Positions 1 through 8,652 of a stretch of DNA of 64,000 bases are shown here, piece by piece (positions within the stretch are counted from its first letter, which is position 1; every line of letters starts with the position of its first letter). Both the position numbers and the translations under genes were made by a program. Source of the DNA: an uncultured bacterium (lineage in GTDB: Bacteria; Methylomirabilota; Methylomirabilia; Rokubacteriales; DASRDR01); assembly GCA_964416315.1 (NCBI GenBank), contig CAYQDR010000001.1:24639-88638 (forward strand), written 5' to 3'. The notes below the pieces were generated by a model. That model made no database searches and was not told where the DNA came from. It saw nothing but the letters and a program-made list of their open reading frames with translations.

Positions 1-216
1 GCACCCCGCACACGCCCGCCGCGACCGCCTCCTGGCCGACCGACGGGTGCGCGGTGCCCTTGATCTTCCCCTCCTTGAGGAGCGGCAGGATGCGCTCCTC
101 GAACTGGCGGATGCGGACCATGAGGGTATAGAGCTCGACCCACTTCGCGGCGGGGAGCCCGTCGACGAGCTTCGGAGCGGCCATTCGGCGTCTCCTCGAG
201 TCCGTGGCCGGGGCGC

Positions 217-1206
217 TCAGCGGACGGCGAGCGCCTCCGGGTTCAAGAGACACTCGCGGGTCGGCGCCTGGCCGCGTCGGACCGCGAGGATGGCGTCGAT
301 GGCGCGGTCGGCCATCGCCGCCTCGGAGGTCTGGTCCACGCCCGCGAGGTGCGGGCTCAGGATCACGTTGTCGAGCGCGAAGAGCGGGGAGCTCCGGAGC
401 GGCTCCCGTTCGAAGACGTCGAGCCCCGCCCCGGCGATGCGCCCGCTCGTCAGCGCCTCGTGGAGCGCGGCCTCGTCCACCAGGTCGCCGCGCGCCGTGT
501 TCACGAGATGCGCGGTCGGCTTCATGAGCTGGAGCCGCCCCCGGTTGATCAGGTGGTGCGTCTCCGGCGCAGCGGGGCAGTGGAGCGTCACGAGGTCCGC
601 CCGGCGCAGGAGCTCCTCCAGCGAGGTGAGCTCGATCCCGTGCTCCCGGACGAAGGCCCGATCGGGCTGGGGCTCGTACGCGAGGATGCGCATCTCGAAG
701 CCGCGGCAGCGCCGCGCGACCGCCTGGCCGATGCGCCCGAGCCCGACGATCCCCACGGTCGCGCGCCAGAGCCCGGGGCGGAACTCCGTCCGCCACTGCC
801 CGGAGGTGATCAGCCGGTGGTTGTGGACGAGGCCGCGCTGGAGCGCGCACATCAGGGCGACGGCGTAGTCCGCGACGGCTTCGTGGTTCGCCCCGACCGC
901 GGTGCAGACGGCGACCCCGTGGCGCGTCGCCGCCTCGAGGTCGATCGCGTCGTAGCCGACGCCCCAGCGGGAGATGATCCGGAGGTCGGGGGCGCTCTTG
1001 AAGACCCGCTCCGTGTAGGGCTCGCTGCTCGCCAGCGTCGCGAAGACGCCGGGCAGCGCCTCGGTCAGCTCCTCCTCCGAGAGCTTGCCGCCGCCCTTGC
1101 CGATCGTCCGGACGACCTCGAAGCCGGCCTGTTCCAGGCGCTTGAGGTACGGCGCCGGCCGATTGTGGATGTGGGCGACGGTGACCAGCACGCGGTTCGC
1201 GGTCAT
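217..1206 (-). CDS. D-isomer-specific 2-hydroxyacid dehydrogenase (phosphoglycerate dehydrogenase-like)
   Basis: C-terminal part of the 217..3135 ORF; own start MTANRVLV after GGAGGAG RBS; GIVGLGRIG NAD motif, LVNTARG and AGLDVFERE motifs. Confidence 0.9.
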   Translation of the reverse strand: MTANRVLVTVAHIHNRPAPYLKRLEQAGFEVVRTIGKGGGKLSEEELTEALPGVFATLASSEPYTERVFKSAPDLRIISRWGVGYDAIDLEAATRHGVAVCTAVGANHEAVADYAVALMCALQRGLVHNHRLITSGQWRTEFRPGLWRATVGIVGLGRIGQAVARRCRGFEMRILAYEPQPDRAFVREHGIELTSLEELLRRADLVTLHCPAAPETHHLINRGRLQLMKPTAHLVNTARGDLVDEAALHEALTSGRIAGAGLDVFEREPLRSSPLFALDNVILSPHLAGVDQTSEAAMADRAIDAILAVRRGQAPTRECLLNPEALAVR

Positions 1207-1280
1207 CACTCCTCCCGGGCTGTGGGGGCGGCAGGATGGAAGCCGGCGAAGGTTGTTATCGCATCCCGGGCGGCCGGACG

Positions 1281-2910
1281 TCAAGCCCGCCCGGGCTGCC
1301 AGGTCTTGAACTGCTCGCGGAGGACCTTCTTGTCGAACTTTCCGACGCTGGTCTTCGGGATCGCGTCGAGGAAGACGACGCCGTCGGGGAGCGCCCACTT
1401 CGCGACCTGGGGTCGGAGGAAGTCGAGGAGCTCCCCGCCGGTCAGCGTGCCGCGGTGCTCCGGCCGGGGCACGACGCAGGCGAGCGGCCGCTCGACCCAC
1501 TTGGCGTGGGGGACCGCGATGACGGCGGCCTCGAGCACCTTGGGGTGGGCCATGAGGAGGCTCTCCATGTCCACGCTCGAGATCCACTCGCCGCCCGACT
1601 TGATGAGGTCCTTCGTCCGGTCCGTGATCTGGATGTAGCCCTCCGGGTCGATCGAGACGACGTCCCCGGTCCGGAACCAGCCGTCCGGCGTGAACTGCTT
1701 GGCGCTCTCCGGGTTCTCGTAGTAGGCCTTCACGACCCATGGCCCCCGGACGTGGAGCTCGCCGATCGTCTTGGCGTCCCACGGCACCTCGCGCCCCGCC
1801 TCGTCCACGGCCCGGATCTCCACGCCGGCGGCCGCGTAGCCCTGCTTGGCCCGGACTGCGTAGCGCTGCTCGTCGGGCCACGCCTCCATGTAGGACCTTC
1901 AGGCGTGAGACCGTGCCGAGCGGGGTCATCTCGGTCATCCCCCAGGCGTGGGTCATCGACACCCCGAACTTCTTCTCGTAGGCCTCGATGAGGCTCCGCG
2001 GGGCGGCGGAGCCACCGATCGGGATGCAGCGGACCGAGGAGAGGTCGAAGCCTTCCTTCTCGACGATCTCCTTGACGGCGATCCAGACCGTCGGGACGGC
2101 GCCGACGAACGTGACGCGCTCGGCCTGGATGATCGAGGCGAGGTCGCGGGGCTGGGGGTTCGGGCCGGCGAAGATCTGGGTCGCGCCGGCCATGACGCCG
2201 GCGAACGGGACGCACCACGCGTTGGCGTGGAACATGGGGACGACGTGGAGGATCACGTCCCGCTCGGAGATGCCGAGGGTGTCGGCCATGGCGACGGCCA
2301 TGGAGTGGAGGAAGATCGCGCGGTGGCTGTAGACGACGCCCTTCGGATGCCCTGTGGTGCCGGAGGTGTAGCACATCCCCGCGGCGTCGTTCTCGTCGAG
2401 GGCGGGCCACGCCGTCACGGGCCGGGCGTCGCGCACGAGTGCCTCGTACTCGCGCAGCCCCGGCGCCGCGGGCACAGGGGCGTCCGGCATCACGACGAAA
2501 TGGCGGACACTCGGTAGCTCCTTCCGGACCGGCTCGACGACCGGCCAGAGGCTCGCGTCCACGAAGAGGATCGCGTCCCCGGCGTGGTTGATGATGTAGG
2601 TGAGGTCCTGGGCCGAGAGCCGGATGTTCACGGTGTGCAGGACGGCGCCGAGGAGCGGCGCCGCCCAGTAGAGCTCGAGGTGGCGGTGGGAGTTCCAGGC
2701 GAGGGTGCCGACCCGCTCCCCGCGCTCGATCCCGAGCGCCCGCAGCGCGCCCGCGAGACGGCACACGCGCTCGGCGAAGTCGGCGTACGTGTAGCGGAAC
2801 AGGGGCGCGCCCGGGATGCGGGTCGCGAGCCCCTTCTTCGCGAAGAGCCGGCGGCTCCGCTCGAAGAAGTGGGTCAGGGTGAGCGGGTAGTCCATCATCA
2901 GGCCCTTCAT
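1281..2910 (-). pseudogene. Long-chain/medium-chain acyl-CoA ligase with a single +1 frameshift near 1896
   Basis: Start MKGLMMDYPLTL; AMP-binding YTSGTTGHPKG and HAWGMTE motifs in one frame; FRTGD, DRTKDLIKSGGEWISS and PKTSVGKFDKK in the 1281..1889 frame; removing one G from AAG-G-TCC-TAC restores LKSYMEAW. Confidence 0.85.
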
Positions 2911-3022
2911 CGTTCGGTCTCCTCCGGCAGGGACGGGCCGCGCTGCCGGTCCTGACCGTCGCGCATTTCGGCGGAGGCTGTCAAGCCCCGTGGTATATGC
3001 TCGGGGCGAACGGAGGATTGCC

Positions 3023-3544
3023 ATGCGCGCCGAAGAGAAGCTCCGGGGCCTCGGACTCGATCTGTGGGACCTCGAAGAGCAGTACCGCGTGAACCCCTCG
3101 GGGGCCCGCTTCGTCTCCCACCTGGCCGTCCACAACGTGCTCTACCTCTCCGGCACCGTCCCCCTCAAGGACGGGAAGCCTTTCCGGCCGGGCGCCCTCG
3201 GGAGGGACCTGACCGTCGAGCAGGGGTGCGAGGCCGCGCGCTACGCCGCGCTGACCGCGCTCGTCGCCGTCAAGTACGCGCTCGGAGACCTGGACCGGGT
3301 CGAGCAGGCCGTGCAGCTCATCGGCTTCGTCAACTCCGCGCCCGGCTTCGGGGACCAGCCGCGCGTCATCAACGGCGCGACCGACCTCCTCGTCGAGCTC
3401 TACGGCGAGCGCGGCAAGCCGACACGCGCGGCGATCGGCTGCCAGGGCCTGGCGATGAACCACTCGGTCGAGATCGTCCTCACCCTCCTCTTCAGCGGGA
3501 CCGGCGTGCGACCCCCGCTCCATCGCGACCGCCCCGCCCGCTGA
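3023..3544 (+). CDS. RidA (YjgF/YER057c/UK114) family protein
   Basis: LYLSG, GFVNSAPGFGDQPRVINGATDLLVELYGERGKPTRAAIG motifs; GGAGG RBS before ATG 3023. Confidence 0.85.
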   Translation: MRAEEKLRGLGLDLWDLEEQYRVNPSGARFVSHLAVHNVLYLSGTVPLKDGKPFRPGALGRDLTVEQGCEAARYAALTALVAVKYALGDLDRVEQAVQLIGFVNSAPGFGDQPRVINGATDLLVELYGERGKPTRAAIGCQGLAMNHSVEIVLTLLFSGTGVRPPLHRDRPAR

Positions 3545-3555
3545 CGGCCACCGGC

Positions 3556-4947
3556 GTGGCGACGATCGAGTGCCTGGGCGGCGCCGGCACCGTGACCGGC
3601 TCGAAGTTCCTCGTCGAGGCGGACGGCCGGCGGCTGCTCGTGGACTGCGGGCTCTTCCAGGGACTCAAGGAGCTGCGCCAGCGGAACTGGACGCGGCTCC
3701 CCCTCGAGCCGGGGCGAATCGATTGGGTCGCGCTCACCCACGGCCACATCGACCACACCGGCTACCTGCCGCGGCTCGTCAAGGACGGTTTCGACGGGCG
3801 GGTGTACGCGACGGGCGCGACCGCGGGGCTCGTCCGCATCCTGCTGCCGGACTCCGGCCACCTCCAGGAGGAAGAGGCCGCGTACCACAACAAGCGCGGC
3901 ACCTCGAAGCATCAGCCCGCGCTCCCCCTCTACACGGCCGAGGAGGGTCTGACCGCCGCGAGTCGCGTGACGGGGGTCGCCTGGGGCGAGCCGCTGACGC
4001 TTGCGGGCGGGATCCGGATCGCCTTCCGCTCCGCCGGGCACATCCTGGGGTCGGCCAGCGTCGCGGTGGACCTCGGCGAGGGCCCGACCCGCCGGCGCGT
4101 CCTCTTCTCCGGGGACGTCGGCCGGTTCGGCGCCCCGATCCTCACCGATCCCGCGCCGATCGGCGAGGCGGACTACGTCGTCGTCGAGTCCACCTACGGC
4201 GACCGCCGCCACGACCCGGAGCCGATCCCCGTCCAGCTCGAGCGCGCCGTGGCGGCCGCCGTCCGGCGCGGCGGGGCGGTCGTCGTCCCGTCGTTCGCGG
4301 TCGGGCGCGCCCAGGAGCTGCTCTACCACCTGAGCGAGCTCGAGCGGGCGGGGCGGATCGCGCGGCTCCCGACCTACGTGGACAGCCCGATGGCGGTTGA
4401 CGCGACCGCGCTCTACGCCGCCCACCCCGAGGAGTTCGACGCGGAGATGCGCCGCCGCGTCGCGGCGGGGGACTCGCCGTTCCGGTACCCCGACCTGCGC
4501 TTCGCGCGGAGCGCCGAGGAGTCGAGGGCCATCAACGAGGTCCGCGGCCCCGTCCTGATCATCGCGGGGAGCGGGATGGCGACCGGCGGCCGCGTGCTCC
4601 ACCACCTGCGGCTGCGGCTGCCCGACCCGCGGACGACCGTCCTCCTGGTCGGGTACCAGGCGCCCGGGACGCGCGGGCGGCTCCTCCAGGAGGGCGGGCG
4701 GTCGGTCCGGATCTTCGGGGACGAGGTGCCCGTCCGCGCCCGCGTCGAGGCGATCCACGGGCTCTCCGCGCACGCGGACCGGGACGGGCTCCTGCGCTGG
4801 CTGCGCACGGCGAGCCGGCCGCCCCGGCGCGTCCTCGTCGTCCACGGCGAGCCCGCGCCGACGGGCGCGCTGGCGGCCGAGATCCGACGGGAGCTGGGCT
4901 GGGACGCGGGCGTCCCCAGGTACCGGGATCGGGTCCCGATCGAGTGA
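3556..4947 (+). CDS. Metallo-beta-lactamase / beta-CASP RNA-processing family hydrolase
   Basis: GGAGTVTGSK, LTHGHIDH, AGHILGSA, VESTYG and LSAHAD motifs; GTG start inferred. Confidence 0.9.
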   Translation: MATIECLGGAGTVTGSKFLVEADGRRLLVDCGLFQGLKELRQRNWTRLPLEPGRIDWVALTHGHIDHTGYLPRLVKDGFDGRVYATGATAGLVRILLPDSGHLQEEEAAYHNKRGTSKHQPALPLYTAEEGLTAASRVTGVAWGEPLTLAGGIRIAFRSAGHILGSASVAVDLGEGPTRRRVLFSGDVGRFGAPILTDPAPIGEADYVVVESTYGDRRHDPEPIPVQLERAVAAAVRRGGAVVVPSFAVGRAQELLYHLSELERAGRIARLPTYVDSPMAVDATALYAAHPEEFDAEMRRRVAAGDSPFRYPDLRFARSAEESRAINEVRGPVLIIAGSGMATGGRVLHHLRLRLPDPRTTVLLVGYQAPGTRGRLLQEGGRSVRIFGDEVPVRARVEAIHGLSAHADRDGLLRWLRTASRPPRRVLVVHGEPAPTGALAAEIRRELGWDAGVPRYRDRVPIE

Positions 4948-4965
4948 GGCGCCCGGCCCGATCCC

Positions 4966-5068
4966 CGTCGCCCCGGGTCGTCCTCGGGCCTCGCCGACCC
5001 TCAACGTATGCGGCATACGCCTCGGGCCGGCTCGGCCCTGCGTCCTACCGGTGCTCGGGTCTCGGCCC
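4966..5068 (+). repeat. Structured intergenic repeat family B, copy 1
   Basis: Colinear without indels with the reverse complement of 6932-7034; shared core CCCTCAACGTATGCGGCATACGCCTCGG. Confidence 0.85.
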
Positions 5069-5133
5069 GGTCCCGATGCATCCGTGGACGCCCTGGACCT
5101 GGTCAGGGCGAGTCGTGAGGATGAGCGCGGCGT

Positions 5134-5431
5134 TCAGTCCGTCTCGCCGAGATACCAGCGCGGCCTGAGGCGGGGCCCGTAGGTCAGGCCGAAGCGCCGC
5201 ATCGCGACCTCCGTCACGGACTCGACCGCCTCGGCCGGCGAGTCGGTGACGACGAACCGCTCGAGGTCGAGCGGATCGATCGTGCCCTCGCGGACGAGCC
5301 GGGACCCCGCGCTCGAGGCTGCGGGGGCCCTGGAGGAAGCGCAGCTCCGCGCGGGCGGGGGTCGCCTTGCCCCAGCGGCTCGGCGCACCCTCTCCCCCTT
5401 GGGGGAGAGGATCGGGTGAGGGGGATCCCAC
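5134..5431 (-). pseudogene. LOG/TIGR00730-like protein remnant with internal deletion
   Basis: RWGKATPARAELRFLQGPRS (N-terminus-like) joined out of frame to LVREGTIDPLDLERFVVTDSPAEAV...PRWYLGE (C-terminus-like); family recognised from memory only. Confidence 0.55.
5388..5424 (-). repeat. BoxC/REP-like palindrome (family A)
   Basis: CCCCTCACCCGATCCTCTCCCCCAAGGGGGAGAGGG on the minus strand. Confidence 0.85.
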
Positions 5432-5435
5432 GTCG

Positions 5436-5627
5436 GTCTTCACGACCGAGCCGCTGCCGCCGGAGCACCCGTTCTGGGTGACGGAGGGGATCACGGTGCT
5501 CCCGCACATCGGCGGGCTCCACCCCGAGCGCGACCGGCTCGTGGCGGAGCTGTTCGTGGACAACCTCCGGCGCTTCCTCGCGGGCGCGCCGCTCCGGGAG
5601 GTCGTCGACCGGGCGCGCGGCTACTGA
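5436..5627 (+). pseudogene. C-terminal fragment of a D-2-hydroxyacid dehydrogenase
   Basis: VFTTEPLPPEHPFW...LPHIGG...NLRRFLAGAPLREVVDRARGY*; no N-terminal domains upstream. Confidence 0.8.
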
Positions 5628-5707
5628 GGAAGGCGAGGAGACGGTGCGCGCATCGGACGCCCGGGCTCACCGCGTACGGGTCAAGGGCGCACGGGTATCC
5701 TGACGGC

Positions 5708-6853
5708 ATGGAGGTGCAGACCGACCGCGTCCGCTTCGTCCTGAATCCGTTCCACGTGCGCCCCGTGCCTCCGGTGCTCCTCCCGCCGGAGCCGTCCGAC
5801 GTCGCCGCCTTCCACCGCGCGCTTCCCGGCTACGCACCGACCCCGCTCGTCGCGCTGCCGGCCCTCGCGGCGGAGCTCGGGGTCGGGGCGGTCTGGGCCA
5901 AGGACGAGGCCCACCGCTTCGGCCTCGGCGCGTTCAAGGCGCTCGGCGCGTCGTACGGGATGCACCGCTGGCTGGCGGCGCGGCCCGCCGCGCCCGTCAC
6001 CTTCGCGACCGCGACGGCGGGGAACCACGGGCGCGCCGTGGCCTGGACTGCCCGGATGTTCGGCTACCGGGCGGTGATCTTCGTCCCGCGCCACACGGTC
6101 GCGGCGCGGATCGAGGCGCTCCGCCGCGAGGAGGCGGAGGTCGTCGTCGTAGACGGGAGTTACGACGACGCGGTGCGACGGGCCGCCGAGGAGAGCGCCC
6201 GGAACGGCTGGCAGATGATCTCCGACACGGCCTACCCGGGCTACACGGAGATCCCCGGCTGGATCATGGCGGGTTACGCGTCAGTCTTCAGCGAGGCCGC
6301 CGCGCAGCTCGAAGCCCTCGGCGCCCCGGCGCCCGACCTCGTCCTCCTCCAGGCCGGGGTGGGTGGGCTCGCCTACGCGGGCGCGCTCTTCTACGTGCGC
6401 CGCGCGGGGACGGGGGGGCCCCGGCTCGTCGTGGTCGAGCCGACCGAGGCGGCGGGCCTCCTCGAGTCGATCCGGTCACCGGACGGCGACATCCGCGCCG
6501 CGCACGGCAGCGGCCGGACGATCATGGCCGGGCTGAACGCGGCGACCCCGTCGCTCGCTGCCTGGCCGCTCCTCCGCGCGGCCGTGGACGCCTTCCTCGC
6601 CGTGGACGACGGCTTCGCGGAGGCGGCGATGCGGCGGCTCCACGGCGGGACCGCGGGCGACCCGCGCGTCGTCGCGGGCGAGGCGGGGGCGGCCGGGCTC
6701 GCCGGGCTCCTCGCCCTCTGCCGCGAGCCCGCGCTGGCCGAGGCGCGGGCGGCCCTCGGGCTCGGGCCGACGACGCGCGTCCTGCTCGTCGTCAGCGAGG
6801 GGGCGACGGACCCGGAGAGCTACCGCCGGATCGTCGGTGCGGACCCCGCGTGA
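5708..6853 (+). CDS. dpaL: Diaminopropionate ammonia-lyase (PLP fold II)
   Basis: YAPTPLV, KDEAHRFGLGAFKALGASY, ATAGNHGRAVAW, ISDTAYPGY and AGEAGAAG motifs. Confidence 0.85.
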   Translation: MEVQTDRVRFVLNPFHVRPVPPVLLPPEPSDVAAFHRALPGYAPTPLVALPALAAELGVGAVWAKDEAHRFGLGAFKALGASYGMHRWLAARPAAPVTFATATAGNHGRAVAWTARMFGYRAVIFVPRHTVAARIEALRREEAEVVVVDGSYDDAVRRAAEESARNGWQMISDTAYPGYTEIPGWIMAGYASVFSEAAAQLEALGAPAPDLVLLQAGVGGLAYAGALFYVRRAGTGGPRLVVVEPTEAAGLLESIRSPDGDIRAAHGSGRTIMAGLNAATPSLAAWPLLRAAVDAFLAVDDGFAEAAMRRLHGGTAGDPRVVAGEAGAAGLAGLLALCREPALAEARAALGLGPTTRVLLVVSEGATDPESYRRIVGADPA

Positions 6854-7572
6854 CCCACGCGGGGTCGCTCACGCACGTGAGAAGCGCTCCAGGTTGGTTG
6901 GGCGAGCTCGCCCGGAGTTGCCCAAGGTGCGGGGCCAAGTAACGAGCATAGCGAGGACGCAGGGAGGAGGCGCTCCGAGGCGTATGCCGCATACGTTGAG
7001 GGGCGCCGACGACCGAGGACGACGCTAGGCGACGTTAATTGGGCCCGCATTAGATTAGAAGCCTGGGCGTTCCCCATGTGCGGCCACGCGAAGCCCTGTA
7101 CGTTCGCCAGGATCTGACGGATGTGGTTCCGGTCGTGGTGGACCCACTCGTGCAAGAGGTCGGCCACCGCGAGGGAACCCACCTTCGGGTGCTGCCCGCC
7201 GCGCGGGAGGTCAGCGGGCCGGAGCCCGCGGACGAGGGCGACGCTCGCCTCGCGCTCGGCGGCGAACTCGTCGAGGAGGCCGGCGAGCTCCCGCTCGCAA
7301 TCGCGTCGCGCGCGGGCGACCGCGTCCTGGTCCCACGTCTCGAGCTCGGGCGACTCGCGCTCGAGGATCTGGCGGATCCGCCCGGCGAACCCGCGCCGCT
7401 CAGCCTCGATCAGGTGGCCGACCACCTCCTTCACGCACCACTCGCCGGGCGCCGGGTGCCAGCGCGCGGCGGCGGGCGGGAGGCCGGCGAGCTCGGCCCG
7501 CACGGTGGCGCCCGCGGCCCGGAGGAGCCCGGCGACGTCGCCGGGGGCGAGGGCGGTCGTCGGATCAGCCAA
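6820..7572 (-). CDS. DinB family protein, C-terminally extended by a repeat element
   Basis: WCVKEVVGHL...HEWVHHDRNH metal-binding His pattern; TTG start without clear RBS; tail after HMGNAQA is repeat-derived. Confidence 0.75.
   Translation of the reverse strand: MADPTTALAPGDVAGLLRAAGATVRAELAGLPPAAARWHPAPGEWCVKEVVGHLIEAERRGFAGRIRQILERESPELETWDQDAVARARRDCERELAGLLDEFAAEREASVALVRGLRPADLPRGGQHPKVGSLAVADLLHEWVHHDRNHIRQILANVQGFAWPHMGNAQASNLMRAQLTSPSVVLGRRRPSTYAAYASERLLPASSLCSLLGPAPWATPGELAQPTWSASHVRERPRVGHAGSAPTIRR
6932..7034 (-). repeat. Structured intergenic repeat family B, copy 2
   Basis: Reverse complement aligns with 4966-5068. Confidence 0.85.
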
Positions 7573-7651
7573 GCTGGTCCCGGTCGACTACCACTACATG
7601 GAGCGCGGGGCGGCCAAGCTCAAGGCCTGCTTCGCCGAGATTTTTCAGTAG
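7571..7651 (+). pseudogene. C-terminal fragment resembling an ABC solute-binding protein
   Basis: KLVPVDYHYMERGAAKLKACFAEIFQ*; directly abuts the DinB start on the opposite strand. Confidence 0.45.
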
Positions 7652-8652
7652 TTTCTGGCCTGCTCGATCAGAGAGCCCAGGAACTCGATCGCCCGCCGCT
7701 CCGCCCAGGAGCGGACCCGCCACGGCCATGGGCCCTCGATGAATCCCGCGTGTCCCCCGCGGGGCGGGAACTCCGTGCGGACGTGCGGGGGCAGGGTCGC
7801 CGGATCCGGCAGCGCCTCCGCGGGGACGAGGGGGTCGTCCAGCGCGTTGACGAGGAGCGTGGGGCGCCGGATCCGCGCGAGCCAGGGGCCGCTGCTCGCC
7901 CGCCGCCAGTAGTCCTCGGCGTCCGCGAAGCCGTGGAGCGGGGCGGTGACGGCGTCGTCGTACGCGGCGAACGTGCGGGCGCGCCGGACGGCCGCCTCGT
8001 CCACGAAGCCGGGGTGGGCGCGCGCCTTCAGGAGCACCTTCTGCCGCATCGTGCGCATGAAGTTCGCCGTGTACACGGCCCGCTGGAAGCCCCGGTCCAG
8101 CACGCGCGCGCTGGCCGTGAGGTCGAACGGCACGGAGATCCCGACGGCCCCCGCGAGCTGACCCGGCGCCGCCGCGCCCTGCTCGCCCAGCCACTTGACG
8201 AGGACGTTCCCGCCGAGCGAGACACCGACGGCGCCGAGACGGGCGTCAGGCTCGCGCTCGAGGAGACGCCGGACCACCTCGTCCAGGTCGCCCGTGTCGC
8301 CCGAGTGGTAGAAGCGCGGGAGGCGGTTCAACTCGCCGCCGCACGACCGGAAGTTCAGCGCCACCCCGCGCCAGCCGCGCGCCACCGCCAGCCCGAGGAG
8401 CCCCGCCACGTAGTGCGAGCGCGCGGAGCCCTCGAGGCCGTGGAGGACGAGGAGGAGCGGCGCCCCGGGCGGGCCGTCGGTCCAGTCGAGGTCCACGAAG
8501 TCCCCGTCGGGCGTCGGCAGGCGCTCGCGGCGGAGCGGGAGCCCGTCCCGGCGGAAGAGCGGCCCCCACACCGTCTGGAGGTGCCCGTTCCGGCACCACC
8601 AGGCCGGCCTGTAGCGTGGGGGAGAGGGCAGGGGTGACGGGGTGGCGTCCAT
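7645..8652 (-). CDS. Alpha/beta hydrolase, YheT family
   Basis: NGHLQTVW, LHGLEGS, FYHSGDTGD, GVSLGG nucleophile, NALDDP and GGHAGF motifs; TGATG overlap with upstream gene. Confidence 0.9.
   Translation of the reverse strand: MDATPSPLPSPPRYRPAWWCRNGHLQTVWGPLFRRDGLPLRRERLPTPDGDFVDLDWTDGPPGAPLLLVLHGLEGSARSHYVAGLLGLAVARGWRGVALNFRSCGGELNRLPRFYHSGDTGDLDEVVRRLLEREPDARLGAVGVSLGGNVLVKWLGEQGAAAPGQLAGAVGISVPFDLTASARVLDRGFQRAVYTANFMRTMRQKVLLKARAHPGFVDEAAVRRARTFAAYDDAVTAPLHGFADAEDYWRRASSGPWLARIRRPTLLVNALDDPLVPAEALPDPATLPPHVRTEFPPRGGHAGFIEGPWPWRVRSWAERRAIEFLGSLIEQARNY
8618..8642 (-). repeat. Half BoxC-like element (family A) inside the YheT N-terminus
   Basis: CCCCGTCACCCCTGCCCTCTCCCCC encodes PSPLPSP. 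Confidence 0.55.

Noticed and set aside
217-3135. 972-aa acyl-CoA ligase::dehydrogenase fusion in the ORF track
   Set aside because: Product of a one-base frameshift; the middle is out-of-frame sequence and the dehydrogenase has its own RBS and start
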